Shown here: positions 1 to 10,033 of the stretch, piece by piece
Position numbering within the stretch: position 1 is the first letter of the stretch
Layout: every line of letters begins with the position of its first letter
Origin: an uncultured Clostridia bacterium
GTDB taxonomy: Bacteria > Bacillota > Clostridia > Christensenellales > CAG-314
Length of the DNA stretch: 64,000 nt
NCBI GenBank assembly: GCA_947625725.1
Contig: CANQPI010000009.1
Span: forward strand, 194 to 64,193
Direction: 5' to 3'
Notes under the pieces: generated by a model
The model's input: the letters and a program-made list of their open reading frames with translations, nothing else
What the model was told of the DNA's origin: nothing
Database searches by the model: none
Program-made: the position numbers and the translations under genes

Positions 1-3000
1 ATCATATAATTGACGGGTGTGCAACCGTCCTCTGACTTGTCAAACAATATGGACAACAAGCAAATATCTTTTTCTTCCAATTTAATCATTTCGCTGTCGA
101 TAAGGTCGCCCATGGTCAAGTTTGTTGCCAACGTCGTCATCTTGTCGGCGTTCAATTCGTCAATGCGCAGGTTGGACATTTTTTCGTTCAAGCCTTTTAC
201 TCTGGTACAGGGGTGTTCGCCGGGTACGCCGTGTACGTGTTCGCCGAGATCAGTCGTGCCATAGTCTTTACAGTCGTACCACACGTAACCGAAACACTCA
301 AAGGTGTGCATTTCTTCGCCGCTGTGTTCGTTGGGTTTGTCGCATATCAACTGCGCCTCGAAGTAAATGCCGTGTTTAATGTCGTAAATGTACCAATTGC
401 CGTCCTTGTCTTTGAAAACTTCGTCCCGGTGATGTTTGGTGTCCATATCGGTAAACTTGTGTTCCCATTGTGCGGATTGCTCTTGTTCTTTGGCTTGGCG
501 GTCCACTTCTTTGCGTTGGAAGCCCATTGCAACGCCGACTTCGATACCGTCAAGTTCGCCGTTGAGTTCGCCGATCTTTATTGCGCCGAGTTCACGCAGC
601 AGCGGGTTGGAATTGTTATCCAACTCCAACACTTCGCCGAGTTCGGTGTCGTACACGACGGACGTAATGCCTTTGCTGTCGAGTTCGCTTATTTTGAGGT
701 GCGCCATTCTGCCCAGCAAATTGTTTGCGGGAACATAACTCTTGCCCTCCTCGCTCCATTCGCCGTCGTGCGAGTGCGCGTCGGTACATTCTTGATACCA
801 CAACACGATAAAGCACTCCGCGCCGTGCGTGTGGGCAAGTTTTCCGCAGTCCGCTTCCTCGTCGGTAGAGCCGTGGCAGATTGCGGGGTCGTGTTTATGC
901 TCCGTTTTGGTGCAAGTCAGCAACGCCTCGTACCAAACGCCGCCGTCGTTTAGGGCGTATTCCACCGAGCCGTCCGTGTTTTTGGATTTTATCAAGTCGC
1001 TCACGACGTCGGTGGTGTAGTCCGCTTCGAAAACGGGTCTGCGCTTGAATTGCAACAGATTGCCCAGATACATTTGGTCTATCGCTCCGCTCAGTTCGCC
1101 CAGCGGCGTATCGGCAAGGGACGCAAGGGGCGAGGGTATATTCTCGCCCAACACGTCGCGCATAGTAAATGTCTGAATGGTCTTGTCCAGATCGCCCAAC
1201 TCGCTTACCTTTTTGTTGGCGAGTTTTGCCATCATTCCGACGACTTCCGTTCCGTCTTTGCTCCACTCAAAATTGCCCTCAACGCCGTCGCCCTTGGTGT
1301 ATTGCAACAGATCGCCCAGATACATATTGTCAATGGCGGAATCGAGGTCTTTTATTTGCGTATCCTTGATACTTGCAAGCATAGAGGGAACGCTGTCGCC
1401 CAACACGTCCGACAAGGTGAAGGTTTGTATCGTTTCGTTCAGATCGCCCAACTCGCTTACCTTTTTGTTGGCGAGTTTTGCCATCATGCCGTCAACTACC
1501 GAACCGTCCTCTTTGGTCCAAACGTAGTCGCCGTCCGTTCCGTCGCCCTGCGTGTATCCCAACATAACGCCCAAGTACAGGTCGTTTATGGCTTGTTCCA
1601 TTTCGTTGAGTTTGGCGTTTTCCAGACCTTTCAGTTGCGAGGGAATGGCGTCGCCCATCACTTCGCCGAGGGTAAAGTCCATAACGTCCAACGTGCCGAG
1701 GTCCGCTACGGTGTTGTCGGCAAGTTTTGCCATAACTCCCGTGACGGGTTCGCCCGCCGCGTCGTTCCAGCCGTCGTCCGTTTGGGTGTAGCCGAGCATG
1801 TCGCCCACGCGCAATTGTTCGACTGCGCTTGCCAGGTTGCCGACGGTGGTGTCCTTCAACGCGCGCAGTTGCGAGGGAATGTTTTCTTCGCCGCCCATAA
1901 CCTGACTGAGAGTGAGGTCGTTGATAACGCCGTTTATGTCCGTCAGGTCGTTGATTTGTTTGTTGGCAAGCACTTCGGTCAGATCTTTGACCTCGTCGTC
2001 GCCGTTTTCCCACACAAAGCCGTAGCAACCCGCAACGTTGTGTTCGTGTTCTTCCTTGCCGCAGGTGTAGTCGGGCGCGTCGCCGCAATCTTCGGTGTGA
2101 GCGTGTTGCTTGGTGCAGGTTACTTTGCCTTTGTACCAAGTTTTGCCGTCCATTGACAGCCCGAGTACTTCGCCCTCTCCGCTCAAAATTACGTATTTGG
2201 CAACTTTGTCGCCGTCGTCGTGCGGTTCGGTTTTGTACAGCGGCACAACGTCGCCGTCGGGTTTGGCGATCTCCTCCAAAGAGAAACCCATAAGTTGCCC
2301 GATATACATATTGTCTATTCCGCCGTTTATCAGTTCGCCGATAGTCATATCGGCAATGCTTTCAAACACGCCGCTCATTTCCTGCCCCGCCAACAGTTCG
2401 CGCAGGGGGATATTTGTGAGTTTGTCCATCAAGACGTCGCTGTCGCCGCCCATAAGCATGCCCACCGTAATGTCGGCAAGCGCGGCGTAAATACCGCTCG
2501 CGTCCTCGCCGAGTTCCGTTTTCCACTCGTAGCCGAAACAATCGTCGTTGTGAACGTGTTCCTGTTCGTCAATGGTGCAGGTGAGTTTTGCCTTGTACCA
2601 CACGTCGCCGTCGAGTTTGATGTATTCGTCCGAGGCTTTTCTGACGTTTGTTTCGGGTATCGGCGTGTAATCTTCGGGGTTGGTTACTTCCGTGCGCGAA
2701 AGCGCAAGCAACTGTCCCAAATACAGTCCGTCAAAAACTTCGCCGCCCATCAAGTCGCCGATAGTGTAGTCCACAAAGTTTTCCAGCAGACCGCTTATTT
2801 CCACCGAGTCGCCGAGTAGGTCGCGAATGGGGATATTGGTGAACTTGCTCATCAGCGCGTCCTGATCGCCGCTTGTGAGCATACCGACCGTCACGTCGGC
2901 GATCGCGCCGTAGATACCGCTTGCGGCGTTGTCCTCCGCGTCGTACCAGGCAAAGCCGTAGCAATCGATGTCGTGAGTGTGTTCCGTTTTGCCGCAGGTA

Positions 3001-4049
3001 TAGTTGTCGGGGTCGCCGCACTCCGCCGTGTGAGTGTGTTCCTCGATATTGCAGTTAAACCGCGCCTCGAACGCAACCCCGTCGGTATTGACCAACGCGT
3101 AGTCGCCGTCGTCGTTGCGATAGAGAGTCAAATTGTCGTTTTGGTATTCGGTGTTGTCGTAGTCGGCAAGGTCGTTGATCTCCTTGCGGTGCAGACTGAC
3201 AATATCGCCCAAGTACACGCCGTTGATGATGTCGTCGGGATTGAGGTTGCCCTCGTCGTCGATCATGTCGGCAATGGCGTTGTTTCCGATAAAGGCGTTG
3301 AGGTACTGACTGCTGTCGCCGAGCATGGCGACAATGGGCATTTTGCCCAACTCGTCAAACGCGCCGCCCTCTTTGAATTCTCTCAAAATGTTGCCGTTGA
3401 GCCCGCCGCCGATAAGCGCGCCGAGTTTGGCTTGCCCGACAGCCCACATCAAGGCGTTGTCCTCGGTTTGCTCCAACGGGAGCATGCCCATGGCTACTTC
3501 GGCTATACGCACTTCTTCGAAAACGGTAGCAATGCCGTTTTCGCCCATGAGTTCGGCAATGGTGTGAGCGGACAGTTTGTTCATAAGTTCTTCGGAAAAG
3601 AACGGAATGGGATTTCCCTCCTCGTCCGTGCCGTTGTCCACAAACATATTTACAAGCGCGGGAATAACGCTGACTTTGAGTTTGTTTGTGCCGCCGTCCT
3701 CTGCGAACAAATCGAAAATGGGTATCTCCAATATTTCCGAACGCACCTGTTTGCCGCCGAACAATTGGGACGGGTCGATATTGTAGTACTCGCAAAACTG
3801 TCCCAGCGTAAAGTAATTGCCGTTTTCATCCTGCACGCCTACTTTGTCTTTGTACAGTTTGCTGACGGATTCGGCAATTTCGTAGACGGACATATTTGCC
3901 AGATCGCCCAAAAATTCTCCGCCGCCGGGTATGAATTGACCCGTTTTGGGAATAACCGCCAATCCTATCAACGCTCCGGCGATCGCGCCGAAAAAGAATA
4001 TCACGCCGAAAATCGTTCCAAGGAAAAATGCCAAAATTCTTCTGCCCAT
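1..4049 (-). CDS. giant membrane-anchored repeat protein, C-terminus cut by window edge (>1349 aa)
   Basis: Absent from the ORF track because the frame stays open to the left edge. Hand translation from ATG 4049-4047 gives 1349 uninterrupted codons; no other minus ORF in the track uses this frame. RBS AAGAGG lies 7 nt upstream, inside the 3-prime end of the GDPD gene. N-terminus MGRRILAFFLGTIFGVIFFFGAIAGALIGLAVI looks like a single TM anchor. The rest is acidic, with 84-aa tandem repeats and five Cys/His-rich motifs. Confidence 0.8.
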   Translation of the reverse strand, partial: MGRRILAFFLGTIFGVIFFFGAIAGALIGLAVIPKTGQFIPGGGEFLGDLANMSVYEIAESVSKLYKDKVGVQDENGNYFTLGQFCEYYNIDPSQLFGGKQVRSEILEIPIFDLFAEDGGTNKLKVSVIPALVNMFVDNGTDEEGNPIPFFSEELMNKLSAHTIAELMGENGIATVFEEVRIAEVAMGMLPLEQTEDNALMWAVGQAKLGALIGGGLNGNILREFKEGGAFDELGKMPIVAMLGDSSQYLNAFIGNNAIADMIDDEGNLNPDDIINGVYLGDIVSLHRKEINDLADYDNTEYQNDNLTLYRNDDGDYALVNTDGVAFEARFNCNIEEHTHTAECGDPDNYTCGKTEHTHDIDCYGFAWYDAEDNAASGIYGAIADVTVGMLTSGDQDALMSKFTNIPIRDLLGDSVEISGLLENFVDYTIGDLMGGEVFDGLYLGQLLALSRTEVTNPEDYTPIPETNVRKASDEYIKLDGDVWYKAKLTCTIDEQEHVHNDDCFGYEWKTELGEDASGIYAALADITVGMLMGGDSDVLMDKLTNIPLRELLAGQEMSGVFESIADMTIGELINGGIDNMYIGQLMGFSLEEIAKPDGDVVPLYKTEPHDDGDKVAKYVILSGEGEVLGLSMDGKTWYKGKVTCTKQHAHTEDCGDAPDYTCGKEEHEHNVAGCYGFVWENGDDEVKDLTEVLANKQINDLTDINGVINDLTLSQVMGGEENIPSQLRALKDTTVGNLASAVEQLRVGDMLGYTQTDDGWNDAAGEPVTGVMAKLADNTVADLGTLDVMDFTLGEVMGDAIPSQLKGLENAKLNEMEQAINDLYLGVMLGYTQGDGTDGDYVWTKEDGSVVDGMMAKLANKKVSELGDLNETIQTFTLSDVLGDSVPSMLASIKDTQIKDLDSAIDNMYLGDLLQYTKGDGVEGNFEWSKDGTEVVGMMAKLANKKVSELGDLDKTIQTFTMRDVLGENIPSPLASLADTPLGELSGAIDQMYLGNLLQFKRRPVFEADYTTDVVSDLIKSKNTDGSVEYALNDGGVWYEALLTCTKTEHKHDPAICHGSTDEEADCGKLAHTHGAECFIVLWYQECTDAHSHDGEWSEEGKSYVPANNLLGRMAHLKISELDSKGITSVVYDTELGEVLELDNNSNPLLRELGAIKIGELNGELDGIEVGVAMGFQRKEVDRQAKEQEQSAQWEHKFTDMDTKHHRDEVFKDKDGNWYIYDIKHGIYFEAQLICDKPNEHSGEEMHTFECFGYVWYDCKDYGTTDLGEHVHGVPGEHPCTRVKGLNEKMSNLRIDELNADKMTTLATNLTMGDLIDSEMIKLEEKDICLLSILFDKSEDGCTPVNYM

Positions 4050-4051
4050 AG

Positions 4052-4807
4052 TTACCTCTTGTTTTGTATCAAATCTTTTCTTTCGGGAAGGAAAGAGTCG
4101 AATATCATATTGTCAAAGCAATCTTGCAGTTCTTCGTACTGCGACCGACTCTTTATTGTCCAACATATTATCGGAATTGTTTTTGCCCACTTTTTGAGCG
4201 ATTTGCACCTGCGTATTGTCGCCGCGTCGTAGGCAATGAATTGACTACCGTTCCACTTGCACAGCACCAGATCTCTCAACAGCCACCGTTTGAGCGGAGT
4301 AAACACCCCCGCAAAGGAACAGGACAATTGTCCGCGAACGACTTCGGGCGCGTGTACTTTGAACCAACGCACTATCAAAGGGTTAAACGACTCGATACAG
4401 TAGTGTCCTTTGTAGTTTTTCAACGCGTCGTAGGTTTTTTGTTCGACTTCGCCGATTCGGTCGTGCGTTTTGATCTCCACAACGATATTTACGCCGTTTG
4501 CCGCTTGTAGAAATTGCTCGAAAGTGGGAATGGCGCAATCGGTTTTCAGCAAACGCAACTGTTGCAGTTCGCGCAGAGTTTTGTCGCAAAGTTTGCCGCT
4601 TTCTCCCGTCATGCGTTCGAGAGAGTCGTCGTGGAATACCACCAACACGCCGTCTTTGGTCATTTGAACGTCCGTTTCGATGGCAAAATTGTTTTTTGCC
4701 GCAAGTTCGAATGCGGGCAAGGAGTTTTCCGGAACGACGGCGTTGTCAAACAAGCCTCTGTGCGCCACGTAAACGTCCGTGAGCCACTTGTATTCTTCTC
4801 TGATCAA
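4052..4807 (-). CDS. glycerophosphodiester phosphodiesterase (GDPD family)
   Basis: 251-aa ORF. VAHRGL...ENSLPAFELA...IETDVQMTKDGVLVVFHDD matches recalled GDPD motifs. RBS AAGGAG upstream. Its stop is 2 nt from the start of the downstream giant gene. Confidence 0.85.
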   Translation of the reverse strand: MIREEYKWLTDVYVAHRGLFDNAVVPENSLPAFELAAKNNFAIETDVQMTKDGVLVVFHDDSLERMTGESGKLCDKTLRELQQLRLLKTDCAIPTFEQFLQAANGVNIVVEIKTHDRIGEVEQKTYDALKNYKGHYCIESFNPLIVRWFKVHAPEVVRGQLSCSFAGVFTPLKRWLLRDLVLCKWNGSQFIAYDAATIRRCKSLKKWAKTIPIICWTIKSRSQYEELQDCFDNMIFDSFLPERKDLIQNKR

Positions 4808-5065
4808 ATTTGCTCCTTTTGCGCGACGGGTCGCGCAGTTGACAAAATAATTATTCCCGACAATTATACGCCGATCCGTCGGTATTTCAAACGGAACTAT
4901 TTTGTCAATTATATATTATATATTGAAACATTCCAAATTGCAACAGATTACGGTCAAATTTTTGCGCGCGTTCGGCGCGTAAACAAAAATAACGGAAAAA
5001 CCCCTTTGTCGCAGATATTGTCTGCAAATTGTTTGCGGTTAGTTGCGGCAAACGCTCACAACGTG

Positions 5066-5094
5066 TGGACAAAACGCTGTTTTTATTGTATAAT
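5066..5094 (+). promoter_or_regulatory. sigma-A-type promoter upstream of lepA (TGGACA-17-TATAAT)
   Basis: Hexamers and 17-nt spacer read directly, ~30 nt upstream of the lepA ATG. Confidence 0.45.
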
Positions 5095-5123
5095 TTGACT
5101 ATATCATAACGGAAGCGAACATT

Positions 5124-6923
5124 ATGTCACAACAGCAAACACGAAATTTTTGTATAATAGCGCACATTGACCACGGCAAGAGTACGCTCGCCGACAGGTT
5201 GATGGAGTACACGGGTCAGGTAGCCAAGCGCGATATGGAAGCGCAATTGTTGGACTCTATGGATATCGAACGAGAGCGCGGCATTACCATAAAACTGACT
5301 CCCGTCAGAATGTGTTACCGCAAGGACGGCACGGAGTACACGTTGAACCTTATAGACACGCCCGGACACGTGGATTTCAATTACGAAGTTTCCCGTTCTC
5401 TTGCCGCGTGCGAGGGCGCGTTGCTAGTGGTGGACGCGTCGCAGGGCGTAGAGGCGCAAACTCTTGCCAACTGTTATCTCGCGTTGGAAAACAACCTCGA
5501 AATCATTCCCGTTATCAACAAAATAGACCTGCCCTCGGCGGATATAGAGGGCGCAAAGAAGGAAATAGAGGATACTATCGGCTTGGATACGACAAACGCG
5601 CCGTTGGTTTCCGCCAAAGAGGGTATCAACATCAAAGACGTGTTGGACGCCGTGGTGGATCTCGTGCCGCCGCCGCAAGGGGACGAAACCGCGCCTCTCA
5701 AAGCGCTCATTTTCGACTGTCAGTACGACAATTACAAGGGCGTTATCATTTTTACCCGCATTGTGGACGGCGTTGTGCGCGTAGGCACCTCCGTCAAAAT
5801 GTTTCAGACCGCGGGCAAAACTTTCGACGTGACGGAAGTTGGCATATTCGCCCCCGCAATGCAACCCGTCGATTGCCTCAAAGCGGGCGACGTCGGCTAC
5901 ATTTGCGCAAGTATCAAGACGGTATCCGACACCAAAGTGGGCGACACCGTTACGGACGCCGCTCGCCCTTGCGCGCAACCTTTGCACGGCTACAAGGAAG
6001 TCAAACCTATGGTGTTTTGCGGCATTTACCCCGCTGACGGCAGCAAGTACAACGACCTCAAAGACGCGTTGGAAAAACTCAAACTCAACGACGCCTCTTT
6101 GACTTACGAGCCGGATACGTCCGTTGCGCTGGGTTTCGGTTTCCGTTGCGGTTTTTTGGGATTGTTGCACATGGAGATCATTCAGGAACGGTTGGAACGC
6201 GAGTTCGATCTGGACTTGGTGACGACCGCGCCCAGCGTAATATACAAAGTTTTTACCACGCAAGGCGACGTGCTGTTTATCGACAACCCCACCAAGTTGC
6301 CCGCGCCCACGCTGATCGAACACATAGAAGAACCGATAGTGCGAGCGGAAATTTTTTCCCCGCCCGAATACGTCGGCGACGTTATGGGGCTGTGTCAGGA
6401 CAAGCGCGGCACGTTTATCGACATGACATATCTCGATACCCGTCGGGTCAGACTCACCTACGAGATACCTCTCAACGAAATTATTTACAACTTTTTCGAT
6501 ACGCTCAAATCCCGCACGAGGGGCTATGCAAGTCTGGACTACGAACTGAAAGGCTTTGTGACGGGCAAATTGGTGCGTATGGACATGCTGTTGAACGGCG
6601 AAGTCTGCGACGCGCTGTCCGTTATCGTCAACGAGGAACGCGCCTACGCGCGAGGACGTCAGATGGCGGAAAAACTCAAAGACGCCATTCCCCGTCAGAT
6701 GTTCGAAATACCCATTCAAGCGGCGATCGGCAACAAAATCATTGCCCGCGAAACGGTCAAAGCCCTGCGCAAGGACGTGCTTGCCAAGTGCTACGGCGGC
6801 GACATCACCCGCAAAAAGAAACTGTTGGAAAAGCAAAAAGAGGGCAAAAAACGTATGCGCCAAGTGGGTTCGGTATCCGTTCCGAGCGAGGCGTTTATGT
6901 CCATACTCAAAATCGACGACTGA
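5124..6923 (+). CDS. lepA: translation elongation factor 4 (LepA)
   Basis: 599 aa. N-terminus [20 protein letters not shown] and DTPGHVDF GTPase motifs; full-length EF4-like sequence. Confidence 0.97.
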   Translation: MSQQQTRNFCIIAHIDHGKSTLADRLMEYTGQVAKRDMEAQLLDSMDIERERGITIKLTPVRMCYRKDGTEYTLNLIDTPGHVDFNYEVSRSLAACEGALLVVDASQGVEAQTLANCYLALENNLEIIPVINKIDLPSADIEGAKKEIEDTIGLDTTNAPLVSAKEGINIKDVLDAVVDLVPPPQGDETAPLKALIFDCQYDNYKGVIIFTRIVDGVVRVGTSVKMFQTAGKTFDVTEVGIFAPAMQPVDCLKAGDVGYICASIKTVSDTKVGDTVTDAARPCAQPLHGYKEVKPMVFCGIYPADGSKYNDLKDALEKLKLNDASLTYEPDTSVALGFGFRCGFLGLLHMEIIQERLEREFDLDLVTTAPSVIYKVFTTQGDVLFIDNPTKLPAPTLIEHIEEPIVRAEIFSPPEYVGDVMGLCQDKRGTFIDMTYLDTRRVRLTYEIPLNEIIYNFFDTLKSRTRGYASLDYELKGFVTGKLVRMDMLLNGEVCDALSVIVNEERAYARGRQMAEKLKDAIPRQMFEIPIQAAIGNKIIARETVKALRKDVLAKCYGGDITRKKKLLEKQKEGKKRMRQVGSVSVPSEAFMSILKIDD

Positions 6924-6993
6924 GCGCCAATCGCGCCGCGCGGTTTGTTTCCTTTGGGGACGAGCCTGCGGTCGCGTTGATTAAAGGTAAACT

Positions 6994-7803
6994 ATGCTGA
7001 AAGATTTTGTTACTTACAATGGAATATCCATTCCCGCCGTGGGGTTGGGAACATGGCAAAGCGCGCCGAACGATTGCTACAACGCCGTGCGTTGGGCGTT
7101 GGAGGCAGGCTATCGCCACGTGGACACGGCTTTCGACTATCTCAACGAGCAAGCCGTCGGCAAGGCGTTGCGCGACAGCGGTTTGGGGCGCGACGAATAT
7201 TTTGTCACCACCAAATTGCCCGCCGACGTCAAAGACGCCAAACTGTGCGAACAACGGTTTTTTCAATCTTTGGACAACCTCGGCACGGATTACATAGATC
7301 TGTATCTTATACACGCGCCGTGGCCCTGGGATCAGGTGGGCAAGGATTTTACCGAGGGCAACATAGCGGTGTGGGAGCAACTGCTCGAATTCAAGCAAAA
7401 GGGGCTTGTTCGCGAAGTGGGCGTATCCAATTTCGAAATTTCCCACATTCAAGCAATATCCCGCGCCGTCGGCGTTATGCCCGCCGTCGATCAAATATAC
7501 CATTTTGTGGGAGTGACCGAACCCGAGTTGAGAGAGTACTGTCAACAAAACGGCATAGTCGTGGAGGCATATTCCCCGTTGGGTACGGGCAGACTTTTGT
7601 CCGACGAACGGCTGACGGAGATCGCGCGCGGTTACGGCGTGAGCGTCGCTCAACTTTGCATAAGATATTGCTTGCACAAAAACACTCTCCCTTTGCCCAA
7701 ATCCGTTCACCGCGAACGAATAGCGCAAAATATTTCCCTCGATTTCGATATTTCCGAGCGGGATATCGAATTTTTGGACAGCCTCGAAGGCAAAACAGTA
7801 TGA
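6994..7803 (+). CDS. aldo/keto reductase (2,5-diketo-D-gluconate reductase-like)
   Basis: 269 aa. IPAVGLGTWQ...GYRHVDTAFDY..E..VG, LHAPWP-like and EVGVSNF motifs of the AKR family. Confidence 0.85.
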   Translation: MLKDFVTYNGISIPAVGLGTWQSAPNDCYNAVRWALEAGYRHVDTAFDYLNEQAVGKALRDSGLGRDEYFVTTKLPADVKDAKLCEQRFFQSLDNLGTDYIDLYLIHAPWPWDQVGKDFTEGNIAVWEQLLEFKQKGLVREVGVSNFEISHIQAISRAVGVMPAVDQIYHFVGVTEPELREYCQQNGIVVEAYSPLGTGRLLSDERLTEIARGYGVSVAQLCIRYCLHKNTLPLPKSVHRERIAQNISLDFDISERDIEFLDSLEGKTV

Positions 7804-8918
7804 ACTCACCTTCCGTTTACGTACACATTCCGTTTTGCAAAGCGCGGTGCGGATACTGCGCTTTTTCGTCGTGTACGGACATGTCGTTGACGGAGGACTA
7901 CTTTGCCAAACTTTTTGCCGAAACGGATTACTATGCCGACAGATCCGTCCCCGTTTACACGGTGTATATCGGCGGGGGAACGCCCTCGTCCGTGCCGACC
8001 GAGTACCTGGACGCGCTTTTTGACAGGTTGCGCCGCAATTTCGATTTGTCCCGCGTGCGGGAAATAACGGTGGAGTGCAACCCCGAAAGCGCAGACGACA
8101 AACTGTTCGAGTGCCTTGTGCGCAACGGCGTAAACCGATTGAGTTTCGGTTTGCAAAGCGTCAACGACGCCACCTTGCGCAGGATCGGACGTTTGCACAC
8201 CTACCGACGGTTTTGCGAGGCGTTGCAACGCGCGCGCAGTTTCGGTTTTTGCAACGTCAACGCCGATATTATTATCGGCTTGCCGGAAACTCACGCCGAT
8301 TTTATCCGTTCGGTACGGGAGGCGGCTGCGCTGCCCTTAACGCACCTGAGCATGTACGCGTTGGAACTTCACCCCGGCACTCCGCTGTTCGAGCAAAGCG
8401 GCGGCGTTGACTTTTTCGACGGGGACGAACAGGCGGATATGTACGACGAGGCGGTAGCGGTGTTGGCGCGGCAGGGCTTTGAGCGGTACGAAATTTCCAA
8501 TTTTTGCAAAGAGGGCAACGAGTGCAAACACAACCTCAATTATTGGCGCGAAGGGCGTTACTTTGCGTTCGGCGCGTCGGCAAGCGGTTTCGTGGGCAAC
8601 GCGCGCTATGTAAACCCCCGCTCCGTCAAGGAGTATATGACGACGTCCGTCAGTCAAATGCACTCTTTCGAGCGACAAGTAATCGACCCGAACGAAGAAG
8701 CCAACGAATTTGTAATGCTCGGTCTGCGATTGGAACAGGGCATAAGCGGCAGCGAGTTCGCGGCGCGTTACGGCGAGGACTTTTGGCGGTTTTTCCTCAC
8801 GGCGGACAAGTTGCGCGCCGACGGCTTTTTGATCGCCGACGGCGACCGTATCAAAGTTCCCTCCGACAAATTTTACGTTATCAATTCCATTCTCGCGGAG
8901 TTGTGGAAGTCGCAGTAG
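7800..8918 (+). CDS. hemW: radical SAM heme chaperone HemW / coproporphyrinogen III oxidase-like
   Basis: The real start is MNSPSVYVHIPFCKARCGYCAF (CxxxCxxC radical-SAM motif). The ATG overlaps the AKR stop (ATGA). The 621-aa track ORF from 7053 is an upstream extension out of frame with the AKR gene. Confidence 0.85.
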   Translation: MNSPSVYVHIPFCKARCGYCAFSSCTDMSLTEDYFAKLFAETDYYADRSVPVYTVYIGGGTPSSVPTEYLDALFDRLRRNFDLSRVREITVECNPESADDKLFECLVRNGVNRLSFGLQSVNDATLRRIGRLHTYRRFCEALQRARSFGFCNVNADIIIGLPETHADFIRSVREAAALPLTHLSMYALELHPGTPLFEQSGGVDFFDGDEQADMYDEAVAVLARQGFERYEISNFCKEGNECKHNLNYWREGRYFAFGASASGFVGNARYVNPRSVKEYMTTSVSQMHSFERQVIDPNEEANEFVMLGLRLEQGISGSEFAARYGEDFWRFFLTADKLRADGFLIADGDRIKVPSDKFYVINSILAELWKSQ

Positions 8919-9048
8919 TTTGCCTTTACTCAAATTTTTTTTGTAGATTATGTCCGAATTTGCCGATTTTCAGAATACTATGTCGCACATAGTATATCAA
9001 AAAGCGCAAAAATTGTGCGCAAACCCTCAAATTTCCTCTGTTTTTGAG

Positions 9049-9077
9049 TTGATTTATTGGCGATAGTCTGCTATAAT
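9049..9077 (+). promoter_or_regulatory. sigma-A-type promoter for the LysR gene (TTGATT-17-TATAAT)
   Basis: Hexamers and spacing read directly. Confidence 0.4.
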
Positions 9078-9092
9078 TACATAGTCAAATCT

Positions 9093-9115
9093 TTGTTCAA
9101 CTTCGATTTGAACAA
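9093..9115 (+). promoter_or_regulatory. inverted repeat TTGTTCAA-N7-TTGAACAA, possible LysR autoregulatory operator
   Basis: Perfect 8-bp arms between the promoter and the lysR start. It has T-N11-A-like architecture. Confidence 0.35.
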
Positions 9116-9140
9116 AATTTTTCTAATTTATAGGTGCAAG

Positions 9141-10016
9141 ATGAAGCTTCTACAAATGAGATATTTCCAGACCGTCTGCCGTTACGGCAGCATTACCAAA
9201 GCGGCGGAGGAGTTGTTTGTAAGTCAACCTACGATTTCGTTCTGTCTGAAAGAATTGGAGGACGAATTCGGCGTAAAACTGTTTCACCGCCGTCACAACA
9301 GATTGCAACTAACGGTAGAGGGGCAGTTTTTTTTGGACAAGGTCAACTACATTTTGCAGTCGGTGGATACCCTCACCACGCAGATGAAGGACATGGGCAA
9401 AAATCACAATCGGGTCAAGATCGCCGTCCCCGCAATGATAAGCACTTTTTTGTTCCCGAAGATGTTCGACGCCTACACGCGTATGTATCCCTCCGTGGAG
9501 TTGGAGATGTTGGAAACGGGTTCGTTGCAAGCGCGCAAACTCGTGGACGCCAATTCCGTCGATCTGGGCATCACCATTCAGGACAGTTTTGTGCAGGACG
9601 GCTACAACGTGTTGCCGCTGGTTTCGACGGAACTTGTGTTTTGCGTAAGCAAATCTCACCCGTTGGCAAACCGCAAGCAAATTTCTTTCAAGGAATTGGC
9701 TGAGGAACACATCATCATGTTCAAAGCGGACAGTTACCAAAACATCTTTATCAAGCGCGCTTTTTCCGAGGTGGGCGTCGAGCCGAAAATTTTGCTTTAT
9801 TCATCTCAACTGTACACGATAAAGGAATTTTTGAGTTACGGCAACGCGGGCGCTTTTTTGTACCGTCAAGTGGCGGAAATGGACAAAGACCTTGTTTGTA
9901 TCCCAATGGATAAGGCGATCATTCAGCAAATCGTGCTTATTTGGTCCAAGAGCAGCAGCCTGTATTCCGATTCGGAAAACTTTATTCAATTTGCAAAACA
10001 ATTCAACAAAGAGTAG
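9141..10016 (+). CDS. LysR family transcriptional regulator
   Basis: MKLLQMRYFQTVCRYGSITKAAEELFVSQPTISFCLKELE is a typical LysR wHTH N-terminus. I chose the ATG at 9141 rather than the track start at 9057. Confidence 0.85.
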   Translation: MKLLQMRYFQTVCRYGSITKAAEELFVSQPTISFCLKELEDEFGVKLFHRRHNRLQLTVEGQFFLDKVNYILQSVDTLTTQMKDMGKNHNRVKIAVPAMISTFLFPKMFDAYTRMYPSVELEMLETGSLQARKLVDANSVDLGITIQDSFVQDGYNVLPLVSTELVFCVSKSHPLANRKQISFKELAEEHIIMFKADSYQNIFIKRAFSEVGVEPKILLYSSQLYTIKEFLSYGNAGAFLYRQVAEMDKDLVCIPMDKAIIQQIVLIWSKSSSLYSDSENFIQFAKQFNKE

Positions 10017-10033
10017 TCAAGGAGGAACGACAA

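Noticed and set aside
213-4232. Four long + strand ORFs in the track (213-953, 1050-2156, 2220-2819, 2973-4232) with V/A/F/G-rich low-complexity translations
   Set aside because: They are antisense shadows of the 1349-codon minus-strand gene. They have no RBS and their sequences are not protein-like. The last one also runs through the GDPD gene boundary.
5424-6863. Long antisense ORFs opposite housekeeping genes (for example 5424-6863, 14112-15728, 21042-22187, 28253-30493, 39423-41054, 48259-49563, 59264-60448)
   Set aside because: Each lies entirely within a well-supported conserved gene on the other strand and has R/H/V/G-rich compositions that are not protein-like. This is typical of stop-poor antisense frames.
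7053-7799. N-terminal 249 aa of the 621-aa track ORF 7053-8918
   Set aside because: It is an Arg-rich out-of-frame read through the AKR gene. The radical-SAM protein begins at MNSPSVYVHIPFC (ATG at 7800).
8925-8955. TACTCAAATTTTTTTTGTAGATTAT after hemW as another fragment of the repeat family (M8 tail plus M2 head)
   Set aside because: It is only ~25 nt of loose similarity without the associated stems, and cannot be distinguished from chance by eye.
8970-9002. Recurring CATAGTAT / ACATAGTA palindromic motif (8970-9002, 20150-20175, 55561-55585) as sigma-G/F -10 boxes
   Set aside because: The GAATA-like -35 candidates are only 10-11 nt upstream, which is the wrong spacing. One copy lies inside the yigZ coding region. 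The similarity is too short to call a family.
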